A DNA stretch of 58,233 nucleotides from Terriglobia bacterium (GTDB lineage Bacteria > Acidobacteriota > Terriglobia > 20CM-2-55-15), in the NCBI GenBank assembly GCA_036274645.1, contig DASUFH010000292.1, positions 1 to 58,233 of the forward strand, read 5' to 3'. How positions within the stretch are numbered: position 1 is the first letter of the stretch; each line of letters starts with the position of its first letter. Shown here piece after piece: positions 37,518 to 46,418 of the stretch. The notes under the pieces were generated by a model, which was not told the origin of the DNA, searched no databases, and saw only the letters and a program-made list of their open reading frames with translations. The position numbers and the translations under genes were made by a program.

Positions 37518-38945
37518 ATGCGTGACCGTCTCAACGTTCCCGCCTCCGGAGAATCTTCCCTGTCGTTCCGGCTGGAATCGGAGCCTCATGAACTGGCGGC
37601 GCTGTATCACGACGAGGACCATTTTGTTTTTCTGGATTCCTCGCGGGTGGGCAGCGATCAGGGACGATTCTCGACGCTCGCCTGGAGCCCCGAGGCCGTC
37701 TTCCGTTCCAAGGGCTTCCGGATCGACATTCGCCGCTCCGGTCTCTGGCGCCGGGTCGCCGGAGATCCCATGGAAGAACTGCAGCGCCTGCTTTCCGAAC
37801 GGGATGATTCCGCAGACGGAGAACTGGCCGGCGGGGCCATCGGCTATCTGGGATACGACCTGTTTCGGGTGTTTGAACACTATGACGGTCTTTCCAGCGT
37901 GGATGATCTGGCATTGCCCGATTCCTGTCTGGCCTTCTTCGATACGATCCTGGTGTTCGATCACGATCGGAAGAGCTGGTCCGTAACCGGCCGCAATCCG
38001 GAGCTCTTCGAAACGAAAATCCGGGAAATCCTCGCGCGTGTGCAGTCGCCCCGTCCCCCGGCGGATTTCAGCGCGCCGGCCTCCGCCGGTATCCGATCGG
38101 AGTCGAACATGAGTCGGGAACAGTATCTCCGGTCTGTGGAGCGCGTTCTCGATCACATTGCCGCGGGGGACATCTATCAGCTCAATCTGTCGCAGCGTTT
38201 TTCGCGTCCGCTGACCGTGGCCCCCTTCGATGTGTTTACGACTCTGCGGGGTGTGAGTCCGTCCTTTTACGGCGCGTACCTCAATTGCGGCGATCACATT
38301 GTGATCAGCTCTTCTCCCGAGTTGTTCCTGCGGCGCCGTGGCGACATGATCGAAACGCGGCCGATCAAGGGGACGCGTCCGCGTGGCCGGACTCCGGAAG
38401 AGGATCGCGCCTTCGAGAGCGAGTTGCTGGACTCCGAGAAAGAGAAGGCGGAACTGGCCATGATTGTGGATCTGGAGCGGAACGATCTCGGGCGTATCTG
38501 CGCCTACGGCGCGGTTGAGGTGTCGGACCGCCGCTACATCGACCGGCTGCCGACCCTTCTGCACACCGTCGCGGCGGTGCGCGGGCGGCTGCGTCCCGAC
38601 GTGACCGCGGTCGACATTCTTCGCGCCACGTTTCCCGGCGGGTCGATTTCCGGCTGTCCGAAAATCCGGGCCATTGAAATCATCGACTCGCTGGAGCCCA
38701 ACTGGCGTCACGTGTACACCGGCGCGATTGGCTTCATCGGGTTCAACGGGGAGATGATCCTGAACATTGCCATTCGCACGTTGCTGGCCACCGGGGGAAG
38801 GATCTATTACCAGGTCGGTGGCGGAATTGTGGCCGATTCCATTCCCGACGCCGAGTTTTCCGAGACCCTGCAGAAAGCCGCAGCCATCGAGACGGCGATC
38901 GCTACAGCCGAATCGTCGCATCGAACAGGCCGCGCAGCGCGTTGA
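37518..38945 (+). CDS. pabB: aminodeoxychorismate synthase component I (chorismate-binding enzyme)
   Basis: 475 aa: RPIKGTRPRG, EKEKAELAMIVDLERNDLGR, FPGGSISGCPKIRAIEII, GGGIVADS. Confidence 0.85.
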   Translation: MRDRLNVPASGESSLSFRLESEPHELAALYHDEDHFVFLDSSRVGSDQGRFSTLAWSPEAVFRSKGFRIDIRRSGLWRRVAGDPMEELQRLLSERDDSADGELAGGAIGYLGYDLFRVFEHYDGLSSVDDLALPDSCLAFFDTILVFDHDRKSWSVTGRNPELFETKIREILARVQSPRPPADFSAPASAGIRSESNMSREQYLRSVERVLDHIAAGDIYQLNLSQRFSRPLTVAPFDVFTTLRGVSPSFYGAYLNCGDHIVISSSPELFLRRRGDMIETRPIKGTRPRGRTPEEDRAFESELLDSEKEKAELAMIVDLERNDLGRICAYGAVEVSDRRYIDRLPTLLHTVAAVRGRLRPDVTAVDILRATFPGGSISGCPKIRAIEIIDSLEPNWRHVYTGAIGFIGFNGEMILNIAIRTLLATGGRIYYQVGGGIVADSIPDAEFSETLQKAAAIETAIATAESSHRTGRAAR

Positions 38946-39513
38946 AGCAGCGAACGGTTTCTCCGTCGACGAGACCGGCCATGGGGATGACGCCTTCGAC
39001 GATCATTCCCCGGGATAGTAGTTCCGCGCGTTGTACGCCTGCGAGCAGACCGCACCGGACGGGCGGCGTGATCCATTGGCCGTTGCGCCACACGGCGATG
39101 TTGGCGATCGTCGTTTCGGTTACTTCGTTCCGTTCGTTGATGAGAAGCGCATCGGCGTCCGGCGCAACGCCTGCGCGGGCGCGTTCGTAGAATTCCCGAT
39201 TCGTCGTCTTGTGGTAGAGCCGGATGTCGCTGGAGTTTACGCGCAGCGCTGCCAGCGTCAGCAGCCCCGGCGTCCCTTCCGGTATTGCGCCGCTTTCCAG
39301 GCGCCAGTCCCCGTTTTCCGGCAGCGTCAGGCGCAGACGCGCCGGGCCTGCGGCGTCCCGCGCAGCGAGTTCCACGCCCAGCCGAACGGATTCGAGATCC
39401 AGCTGAAAATGCAGCCGGGCGGCCGATGCGCGCAGCCGCTCCAGGTGGCGGTCGAGCAGGGAGACGACACCGTTTTCCGCGCGCATGGTTTCCAGCAACT
39501 GAAAGTCGTTCAC
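38902..39513 (-). CDS. pabC: aminotransferase class IV family protein, probable aminodeoxychorismate lyase
   Basis: 203 aa with a GTG start. LLDRHLERLRASAARLHF and the fold-type IV pattern. Its 3' end overlaps the pabB 3' end by 44 nt. Confidence 0.7.
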   Translation of the reverse strand: MNDFQLLETMRAENGVVSLLDRHLERLRASAARLHFQLDLESVRLGVELAARDAAGPARLRLTLPENGDWRLESGAIPEGTPGLLTLAALRVNSSDIRLYHKTTNREFYERARAGVAPDADALLINERNEVTETTIANIAVWRNGQWITPPVRCGLLAGVQRAELLSRGMIVEGVIPMAGLVDGETVRCFNALRGLFDATIRL

Positions 39514-39514
39514 G

Positions 39515-39922
39515 CTATCCCCGGATGATCATCACTTCCGTGGATTTCACCAGCGCAAACGCGCGCCGCCCCTTGCGCAGTTCGAGGTCGCGACAGGCGT
39601 TGGCCGTGATAATGGCGGTGATGAATTGTCCTCCGATATCCAGGGTCACCTGGGCCAGCAGGCCGTCGTATTGAACGGCCGTGACGACGCCTTCGAGCTT
39701 GTTTCGCCCGCTGATGGCGCTCAGTTGAACGGCGTCCCGGCTTCGCCGGACGGCTACCCGCGTCCGCGTCAGGCGTTCGATTTCGCTGCGAGGAATGCGG
39801 TGATGGCCTCCGGGCGTCTGGATGGACCGGATCTTGCGGTGGTAGATCCATTGCTTCAACGCAGGGTAACTGACGCCCAGCGCGGTTGCCGCTTCGCGCG
39901 CAGTCAGAAGCTCTCTAGTCAT
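39515..39922 (-). CDS. excisionase/MerR-type HTH plus TOBE (molybdate-binding-like) domain regulator
   Basis: 135 aa. HTH segment LLTAREAATALGVSYPALKQWIYHRKIRSIQTPGGHHRIPRSEI. TOBE-like segment SGRNKLEGVVTAVQYDGLLAQVTLDIGG...ALVKSTEVMI. Confidence 0.8.
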   Translation of the reverse strand: MTRELLTAREAATALGVSYPALKQWIYHRKIRSIQTPGGHHRIPRSEIERLTRTRVAVRRSRDAVQLSAISGRNKLEGVVTAVQYDGLLAQVTLDIGGQFITAIITANACRDLELRKGRRAFALVKSTEVMIIRG

Positions 39923-39943
39923 TGACGACGCCCGTGTAAGAAA

Positions 39944-40285
39944 TCACCATTTTTTGAACATGAAGAACACGGCGGAAACCATCAGCCCGAAGGCCACCAG
40001 GTAGTTCCATTTAAAGTCCTCGCGTAGATACACGACAGAAAAGACGGCAAATACGCTCAGCGTAATGACCTCCTGAATCGTCTTCAGCTGAGCCGGGGAA
40101 AACTGATACGAACCGATTCGGTTGGCGGGTACCTGGAAGCAGTACTCGACGAACGCGATCAGCCAGCTGGCGATGATGGCGAGCCATAGTGGCGAGTTGC
40201 GGTATTTCAAGTGCCCATACCAGGCAAAGGTCATGAATACGTTGGAAACGGTTAACAGGGCGATTGTGCGCAAGCGCGGGTCCAC
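39944..40285 (-). CDS. DMT superfamily small membrane protein (DUF486-like)
   Basis: 113 aa with a GTG start. TIALLTVSNVFMTFAWYGHLKY is the typical family motif. Confidence 0.75.
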   Translation of the reverse strand: MDPRLRTIALLTVSNVFMTFAWYGHLKYRNSPLWLAIIASWLIAFVEYCFQVPANRIGSYQFSPAQLKTIQEVITLSVFAVFSVVYLREDFKWNYLVAFGLMVSAVFFMFKKW

Positions 40286-40315
40286 CTCACTTTCTGCGCT
40301 ATTCTACGGCGCGCC

Positions 40316-43027
40316 ATGAACGTTTTGCTTGAGGTTTCAGGGCCTCCCCTTGTGGAGGCGGCGCCGGACGGTTGGCTCTTTGAGCGAATTGGCCGGTGGG
40401 CCACCGACGCTCCCGGGCGATTCGCCTTTGCCATTGATCGTGAAGGTGGGCCGCCGGAGGAATACACCTATCGCGACGTTCGGGACATTTCTGAGCGGCT
40501 GGCGGCCGGCCTGGCGGCTGAAGGTATCGCGCGACAGGATCGGGTCGGCATCCTCATGGAAAACACGCCGCAATGGGTATTCGCCCTGTTGGGAATTCTG
40601 AGGATTGGCGCGGTGGTGGTTCCACTGCCGACCCTGCTGCCGGCGGACGGTGTCGCCAATCTGGTGGCGCACTCCGGCTGCCGGTGGATCTTCGTGGATC
40701 GGCAGAACCTTGCAAAGGCGGAACAGGCTGCTCCGGAAAAAGTCCGGCTGGTAATTTTCGGCGGAGAAGACGCCGGCGCGCCTTTCGGCAGACGTCTCCT
40801 GACGTGGGATCGTCTTTGCGGTTCAGGCGGTCCGGCGCCGCCGATGCCCGCTGACAACGGCGCCGAGGCGGCCCTCATTGTGTACACATCCGGGACGACC
40901 GGCGATCCGAAAGGCGCGGAGCTTTCCGTCAGGAACCTCGTTTATGAGGTTCGGGGCGCGATCGAGGCGTTGCAGTTCTCACGCGATCACCGAATTCTCT
41001 CGACCCTGCCTTTTTCGCACGTGCTGCCTCTCATCGCCAACGCGCTTGGTCCGCTGGCGGCCGGGGCCGGCGTGGTGTTTCTGTCGCAACTTTCGTCGGA
41101 AAGCATTTCCCATGCGTTTCATCGTCGGCGCATTACCTGTTTTGTGTGTGTGCCGCAGTTCTTCTACTTGCTGCACCAGCGGATCTTCGCGGCGGTTCGC
41201 GATCAGCCATTGTTCGCCCGGTGGATCTTCAGGGTGGCCTTCGGTCTGGCGCGGCGTTCGCGAAGCCGGGTTTTGCGGCGGGTTCTGTTTCGCGGCGTCC
41301 GCGGGAAGCTGGGGCCGGACCTGTGGCTGCTGGCGTCCGGAGGGGCGCGGCTGGATCCTCAGGTAGGACGGGATCTCGGCGCGCTCGGATACACGGTGGC
41401 GCAGGCCTACGGACTAACCGAGACGACGGCGGCGGCGACGATCACATCGCTTGATACGATGGACGCCGACACCGTGGGGCGTCCAATTCGAGGAGTATCG
41501 ATCCGCATCGACCAGCCGAAGGAGGACGGCAACGGGGAAGTCTGGATTCGGGGGCCTGTCGTGATGACCGGCTACTATCGCGATCCGGAGAAGACGCGTC
41601 AGGTCATGACGGACGGCTGGCTCCGTACGGGCGATCTCGGCTACATCCGTTCCGACGGCAACCTTGTTATTACAGGGCGGAGCAAAGATGTCATTGTCCT
41701 GGCGAACGGCAAGAACATCTATCCGGAGGAGCTTGAGCGCCACTACGGACAATCGCCCTACATCAAGGAGATCTGCGTCATTGGCCTTCCCGCCGACAGC
41801 GGTCCGGCCGGAGAAACGCTGCACGCGGTGGTCGTTCCGGATCTGGACGAGTTTCGGCGACGTGGGCAGACGGGAATCCGGGAGATGATTCAGTTTGATC
41901 TCGAGAGTCTCTCGCGGGATCTTCCTTCGTATCAGCGCGTGCTTTCCTTTTCTATTCGGAATGAACCACTGCCCCGCACCGCCACGCGCAAGATCCGCCG
42001 GTTCGAGGTCCGTGGCAACGAAGTCTCCCGACGAACGGCCCGACCGGCCGCGCCGGTCCGCGAAGCGGGAAGCGGCGGCGGCTCCGGACAGGGCGCGGAC
42101 GCCGTGGTCGCGAAGCTGTTGCGCGAGGTCCGGCCCGATCGCTGGCCGATCGATCCGTCGATGAGCCTGGAACTGGATCTGGGCCTGGACTCGCTCGCCC
42201 GCGTCGAACTGCTCGCGAAGGCAGAAGCGCTGACGGGGGCGCGAGTGGACGAGCGTGACGCGGCGCGTGTGATGACTGTTGGCGATCTGTCGCGCGTTTT
42301 GGAAGAAGCGCAGAGCGGTCCCGCCCGTGGGCAGAGCTGGACGGAGATCATCCAGGAGCCAATGGACGCGGGACAAACAGGGCTTCCGGTGTTTCATCGC
42401 GGATGGTTGATGAAGATTGCGGGATACGCCGCTATCAAGACGGCGGGACTGCTGGCGTCCTGGATGTTTCCGGTCCGGGCGCGCGGTGTGGAGAACCTGC
42501 CGGCCGACGGCCCGTTCCTGCTCTGTCCGAATCACCAGAGTTTTCTGGACGGGCCGCTGGTCGTCGCCCAACTTCCGCGCGCTGTTATCGACAAGATTGT
42601 GATTTTGGGCTACAGTGACTATTGGCAAAGCACGCTTATGCGGGCGACGGCTCGATTCTTAAGCGTGGTGTCGATCGACTCCAACATCAACCTTGTGCGC
42701 GCAATGCAAGTAGGCGCCGCCGGACTCCGCGAGGGCTGCGTTCTGCTGGTGTTCCCGGAAGGATCCCGGTCTATCGATGGCCGAGTGATGGGGTTCAAGA
42801 AAGGAGCGGCGATCCTGGCCTGCGCGCTGGATGTTCCGGTGGCGCCCGTCGGTATCCGCGGCGCCTTTGAAGCGTGGCCTCGAAACGGAACATTCCGTTT
42901 TCGCCCGATCGAGATTGCATTCGGAGTTCCCTTGCATCCGGGCCAGTTCAGCGGGGAATCCGATCCGGTGGAGGCTCTGACCCAGGCGCTCCGCGCCCGT
43001 GTCCGGGAACTTGCCGGCCAGGAGTAA
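40316..43027 (+). CDS. tri-domain acyl-AMP ligase / carrier protein / lysophospholipid acyltransferase (Aas-like)
   Basis: 903 aa. Adenylation motifs YTSGTTGDPKG, YGLTET, TGDLG and GKNIYPEE. Carrier-domain LGLDSLARVEL. PlsC motifs NHQSFLD (HX4D) and FPEGSRS. Confidence 0.85.
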   Translation: MNVLLEVSGPPLVEAAPDGWLFERIGRWATDAPGRFAFAIDREGGPPEEYTYRDVRDISERLAAGLAAEGIARQDRVGILMENTPQWVFALLGILRIGAVVVPLPTLLPADGVANLVAHSGCRWIFVDRQNLAKAEQAAPEKVRLVIFGGEDAGAPFGRRLLTWDRLCGSGGPAPPMPADNGAEAALIVYTSGTTGDPKGAELSVRNLVYEVRGAIEALQFSRDHRILSTLPFSHVLPLIANALGPLAAGAGVVFLSQLSSESISHAFHRRRITCFVCVPQFFYLLHQRIFAAVRDQPLFARWIFRVAFGLARRSRSRVLRRVLFRGVRGKLGPDLWLLASGGARLDPQVGRDLGALGYTVAQAYGLTETTAAATITSLDTMDADTVGRPIRGVSIRIDQPKEDGNGEVWIRGPVVMTGYYRDPEKTRQVMTDGWLRTGDLGYIRSDGNLVITGRSKDVIVLANGKNIYPEELERHYGQSPYIKEICVIGLPADSGPAGETLHAVVVPDLDEFRRRGQTGIREMIQFDLESLSRDLPSYQRVLSFSIRNEPLPRTATRKIRRFEVRGNEVSRRTARPAAPVREAGSGGGSGQGADAVVAKLLREVRPDRWPIDPSMSLELDLGLDSLARVELLAKAEALTGARVDERDAARVMTVGDLSRVLEEAQSGPARGQSWTEIIQEPMDAGQTGLPVFHRGWLMKIAGYAAIKTAGLLASWMFPVRARGVENLPADGPFLLCPNHQSFLDGPLVVAQLPRAVIDKIVILGYSDYWQSTLMRATARFLSVVSIDSNINLVRAMQVGAAGLREGCVLLVFPEGSRSIDGRVMGFKKGAAILACALDVPVAPVGIRGAFEAWPRNGTFRFRPIEIAFGVPLHPGQFSGESDPVEALTQALRARVRELAGQE

Positions 43028-43093
43028 AGACATCGCATAATGCGAGAAGGATCGCTTCCGGCACGAGCCGGCGGCGATCGGAGATTCAAGTTC

Positions 43094-43552
43094 ATGTCCG
43101 ATAGAAAATACAGGCAGTCGGGCTATCAGGATTCCGGAAAGGAGCAAAAACGGGAGCCCCGGCGGGAACCGGGTCCGAAGCAGCCCAAAGGGTCGCGCGA
43201 CGGACCACGGCCGATTCGGATGCCGGGCTTCCAGGAAGTGTTACGCTGCGCCATGTGCGGCGCGGTGGTTCCTCCTCTTGCGGAGATCCGCTTCGAGAGC
43301 CAGTGTCCAAAGTGCTCCACCGATCTGCGTTGCTGCAAGAATTGCCGCCACTTTGATACTTCCGCCCGCTGGGAATGCACCCAACCTATTCCCGAACGCA
43401 TCACCAAGAAAGACATTCGCAATCAATGCGAGTTTTTTGTCGGCCGCACCTCGATTGAGCGGGAGACCCGCGATTCCGGGGGAAGCCTTTCTCCGGCCCC
43501 TTCACGTCCTGCCGACGCGCGTAGCGCGTTTGACAGCCTTTTCAAGAAATGA
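43094..43552 (+). CDS. zinc-ribbon protein with basic disordered N-terminus
   Basis: Trimmed to ATG 43094. Cys pairs CAMCG...CPKC...CCKNC...C. 152 aa. Confidence 0.55.
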   Translation: MSDRKYRQSGYQDSGKEQKREPRREPGPKQPKGSRDGPRPIRMPGFQEVLRCAMCGAVVPPLAEIRFESQCPKCSTDLRCCKNCRHFDTSARWECTQPIPERITKKDIRNQCEFFVGRTSIERETRDSGGSLSPAPSRPADARSAFDSLFKK

Positions 43553-43672
43553 GCGGCTGCGAATGCAAGCCCGAGAGGGCGCAGCAATGAAGATAATGAG
43601 CGGCTGCGAATGCAAGCCCGAGAGGGCGCAGCAATGAAGAAACTGCGAATGCATGTCCGGCAGGGCGCAAGC
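43548..43672. repeat. 47-bp period tandem repeat, 2 identical copies plus 1 degenerate copy
   Basis: aatgagcggctgcgaatgcaagcccgagagggcgcagcaatgaaga occurs at 43548..43593 and again at 43595..43640. A diverged partial copy follows. Each unit contains the inverted pair GCTGCG/CGCAGC. Confidence 0.85.
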
Positions 43673-43733
43673 CGGGAAGTACAATGACTAACAACTACAG
43701 GCTGGCGCCGCACTGGCGCAAGAAAGGTTCAGT

Positions 43734-45224
43734 TTGAACGAAGATCGTTTGAAGATTGCCGTGTTTATTGACTTCGACAACATAGAAATCGGAGTCAAGA
43801 GCACCCTTAACCGCCATTTTGACGTGGGAACGGTGCTGGAAGCCATCAAGGAGCGGGGCGAAGTCGTCACGAAGGTGGCTTATGGAGACTGGAAACGAGC
43901 GGGCGACCACAGTCGCAGTATGACGCAGCATGCGATTCAGATGGTGCAGCGCAACCTGACTCCGGGCGGAGACAAGAATGGCGCTGACATCAACCTCGCG
44001 TTGGACGCGCTGGAAATGGCGTTCACGCGAAATCACATCAACGCGTTCGTGATTGTCGGTGGCGATAGTGATTTCATGGCCCTGGTCGAGAAGCTGAAGC
44101 AGTACGACAAGAAGGTGATGGTAGTCGGCGGTAGATCCTTTACCAGCATCATCCTTCAGAAGAACTGCCACGAGTTTATCGCGTACGAAAATCTCATCCA
44201 GCCGCAGTCCAGCGGTGGCCATCGCAAACCTGCCGAACGCGCTCGCGCGGTCGAGGCGGGAGATGGGAACCTGGCCAAGGCGCTTCCCCTCGTTCGCCGG
44301 GCGCTCAAGGTGTTGTCGGATCGGGAAGTATCCCCTCAACTCGGCCTGCTCAAGAGCACATTGCTACAGCTGGATTCGACCTTCTCGGAGAGGGACTACG
44401 CCGCGAGCACGTTCCGCGATTTCATCGAAAAGATGGCCGCGGCGGGTTACGTCAAGCTGAAGCAGGTCGATCGCAGCATATTGGTTGAACTGGTCGATGC
44501 GGAAGCGCCCGCCGTGGAAGAGGGCGCCCGTGAGACCGAGCGTGAGGCCGCGGTGGAGCCCGCCGTGGAGGTACCGCCTACGCCGCCTACCGTCGAGCAG
44601 ACCGACGAGTGTCTGCGCGCGCTTCGCGAGGCGTTCCTCAACGCGAAGTTCAACCCGCACTGGCCGATGTACGTGCGTAACGTGAAGCAGTATGTGAAGA
44701 ACGCGGCCCCCGGCTTTGACGAGCGGCGCTTCGGCTTCGCCAATTTCCTCGAGGCGTTGCGAGCCGCGCAACGTGGCGGTTTGTTGCGTCTCGAACGCAA
44801 CCGTCAGGGAATCCTGCGCGTGTTCCAGGGAAGCCAGTTCCCGTCGGCTGACCGGCGTGGTCTTCCGGTTGATGACGTGATGCCGGCCGAGACCGAGACC
44901 GATGCGATTGGGGGCGATCTGGTCCCGGACGCCACGGTAACCGTGCTGGAGGAAGCCGCGGCTGTTGTCGAAGCCGAAGCGATCATTGACGCGGCGCCGG
45001 AATCGGGTGAGATTGCCGAGGAGAGCGTCGAAGTGATTGCGGATGGTCTGGAAGAGGAGCCGGAAACCCAGCCGGAGGAGTCCACCGCGGCACGGCGGCG
45101 CCGGCCGAGCTCAGCCACCCGGAAGAAGACCGCTGTCCCGCGAGGTTCGGGAGCGAGACGAACCCGGAAGAAGGCGGCGGGCGAAGGCGAGCAGGCTGGG
45201 GCGAACGACTCGTCGGTGGATTGA
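43734..45224 (+). CDS. NYN (LabA-like) nuclease domain protein with two OST-HTH/LOTUS-like domains and a charged tail
   Basis: 496 aa with a TTG start (GAAAGG upstream). NYN pattern IAVFIDFDN...GADINLALDA...FVIVGGDSDF. Two winged-helix-like repeats follow. Confidence 0.8.
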   Translation: MNEDRLKIAVFIDFDNIEIGVKSTLNRHFDVGTVLEAIKERGEVVTKVAYGDWKRAGDHSRSMTQHAIQMVQRNLTPGGDKNGADINLALDALEMAFTRNHINAFVIVGGDSDFMALVEKLKQYDKKVMVVGGRSFTSIILQKNCHEFIAYENLIQPQSSGGHRKPAERARAVEAGDGNLAKALPLVRRALKVLSDREVSPQLGLLKSTLLQLDSTFSERDYAASTFRDFIEKMAAAGYVKLKQVDRSILVELVDAEAPAVEEGARETEREAAVEPAVEVPPTPPTVEQTDECLRALREAFLNAKFNPHWPMYVRNVKQYVKNAAPGFDERRFGFANFLEALRAAQRGGLLRLERNRQGILRVFQGSQFPSADRRGLPVDDVMPAETETDAIGGDLVPDATVTVLEEAAAVVEAEAIIDAAPESGEIAEESVEVIADGLEEEPETQPEESTAARRRRPSSATRKKTAVPRGSGARRTRKKAAGEGEQAGANDSSVD

Positions 45225-45326
45225 CGCAGGGCGCCGGCGCCTGCATGGGCCGCCGGCGCTTCTTCGGGCGAACAGGGACGCGCCGACCGGATATCAGATC
45301 ACGATCTGAAAATCGGAGGGGGAGTC

Positions 45327-46322
45327 ATGAGAAAAGCGGTGTTTGCGCTTTGCGCCGCCCTGACGCTGGGATCCGCAGCGCTGGCTCAACTGCGCGTGGA
45401 TGTCGCCCTTGTGGAGATCGTCGCTACCGTGACCGACGATCGGGGGCGCTATGTTTCCGGCCTTACCGCGGATGACTTCATTCTGGAGGAAGACGGCGTG
45501 CCCCAGGCCATTGCGCACGTTACTCCTTCGAACAACCTTCCCGTGAGCCTGGGTATCCTGCTCGATGTCAGTTCAAGTATGCGCCGCAAGATGGATACGG
45601 CGACGGCGGCCATCGAGCGCTTCATTCGAACAATCCATGAGGATGACGATATCTTCCTGATGACCTTCGCCGATCGGTCGGCGATTCTCCAGGAATTCAC
45701 CAACGATCGGAACAAGCTGGGCGCGGCCATGCGCCGCATTCAACTCGGTCCCAATACCGCGCTTTATGACGCGGTGGACGACGGCCTGCTGCACATTCAG
45801 CGGGCCATCTACAAGAAGCGGGCCATTCTGCTGGTCACCGACGGGGAAGAAAGCGGGGCGAGCGCAGACACCTACAATGAAGCGCTGGCCAATGTACGTG
45901 AGGATGAGGTGATGCTCTATTGCCTGGGAATCGCGCCATCCAGTACCGTCGACGACTTCCCCCGACCATCCCTGCGCGGCCCATCCCTCGGCCCGGCGCC
46001 GCGCGGGGGGCCACGCGGCGGCTTTGGCTCCGGCTTCCTTCCTCAGGCTCAGCGGCGGGGCGCCGGATCTCTGGACACGGTAAACATGGAAGTGCTCCGG
46101 GCGTTTGCAGACGCCAGCGGCGGCCAGGCCTGGCTGGTCCGTGACGAAGGCCGGGACATGGACCGCATCATGGACATCATTGCCAACGAACTGCGCAACC
46201 AGTACAACATCGATTACTACCCGTCGCGGCCACTGAAAGACGGTAAGTGGCATCAGGTTGAAATCCGAATGAAGAACCCCCGCCACACGGTGCGCGCGCG
46301 GAAGGATTACTTCGGCGGCTGA
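45327..46322 (+). CDS. secreted VWA domain protein (VWFA-related Acidobacterial type)
   Basis: 331 aa with a GGAGGGGGAG RBS and a signal peptide. VDVALVEIVATVTDDRGRYVSGLTADDFILEEDGVPQ followed by the MIDAS-like LLDVSSSM. Confidence 0.85.
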   Translation: MRKAVFALCAALTLGSAALAQLRVDVALVEIVATVTDDRGRYVSGLTADDFILEEDGVPQAIAHVTPSNNLPVSLGILLDVSSSMRRKMDTATAAIERFIRTIHEDDDIFLMTFADRSAILQEFTNDRNKLGAAMRRIQLGPNTALYDAVDDGLLHIQRAIYKKRAILLVTDGEESGASADTYNEALANVREDEVMLYCLGIAPSSTVDDFPRPSLRGPSLGPAPRGGPRGGFGSGFLPQAQRRGAGSLDTVNMEVLRAFADASGGQAWLVRDEGRDMDRIMDIIANELRNQYNIDYYPSRPLKDGKWHQVEIRMKNPRHTVRARKDYFGG

Positions 46323-46418
46323 TTGTGTAGATTGGCGAGCCGGTCCTTCGATCGGGCCGTTGGCGACTAACTTCTGCGCTGGTGTGACGTTCCGTAGCCC
46401 GGATTTCACACGAAGGCG

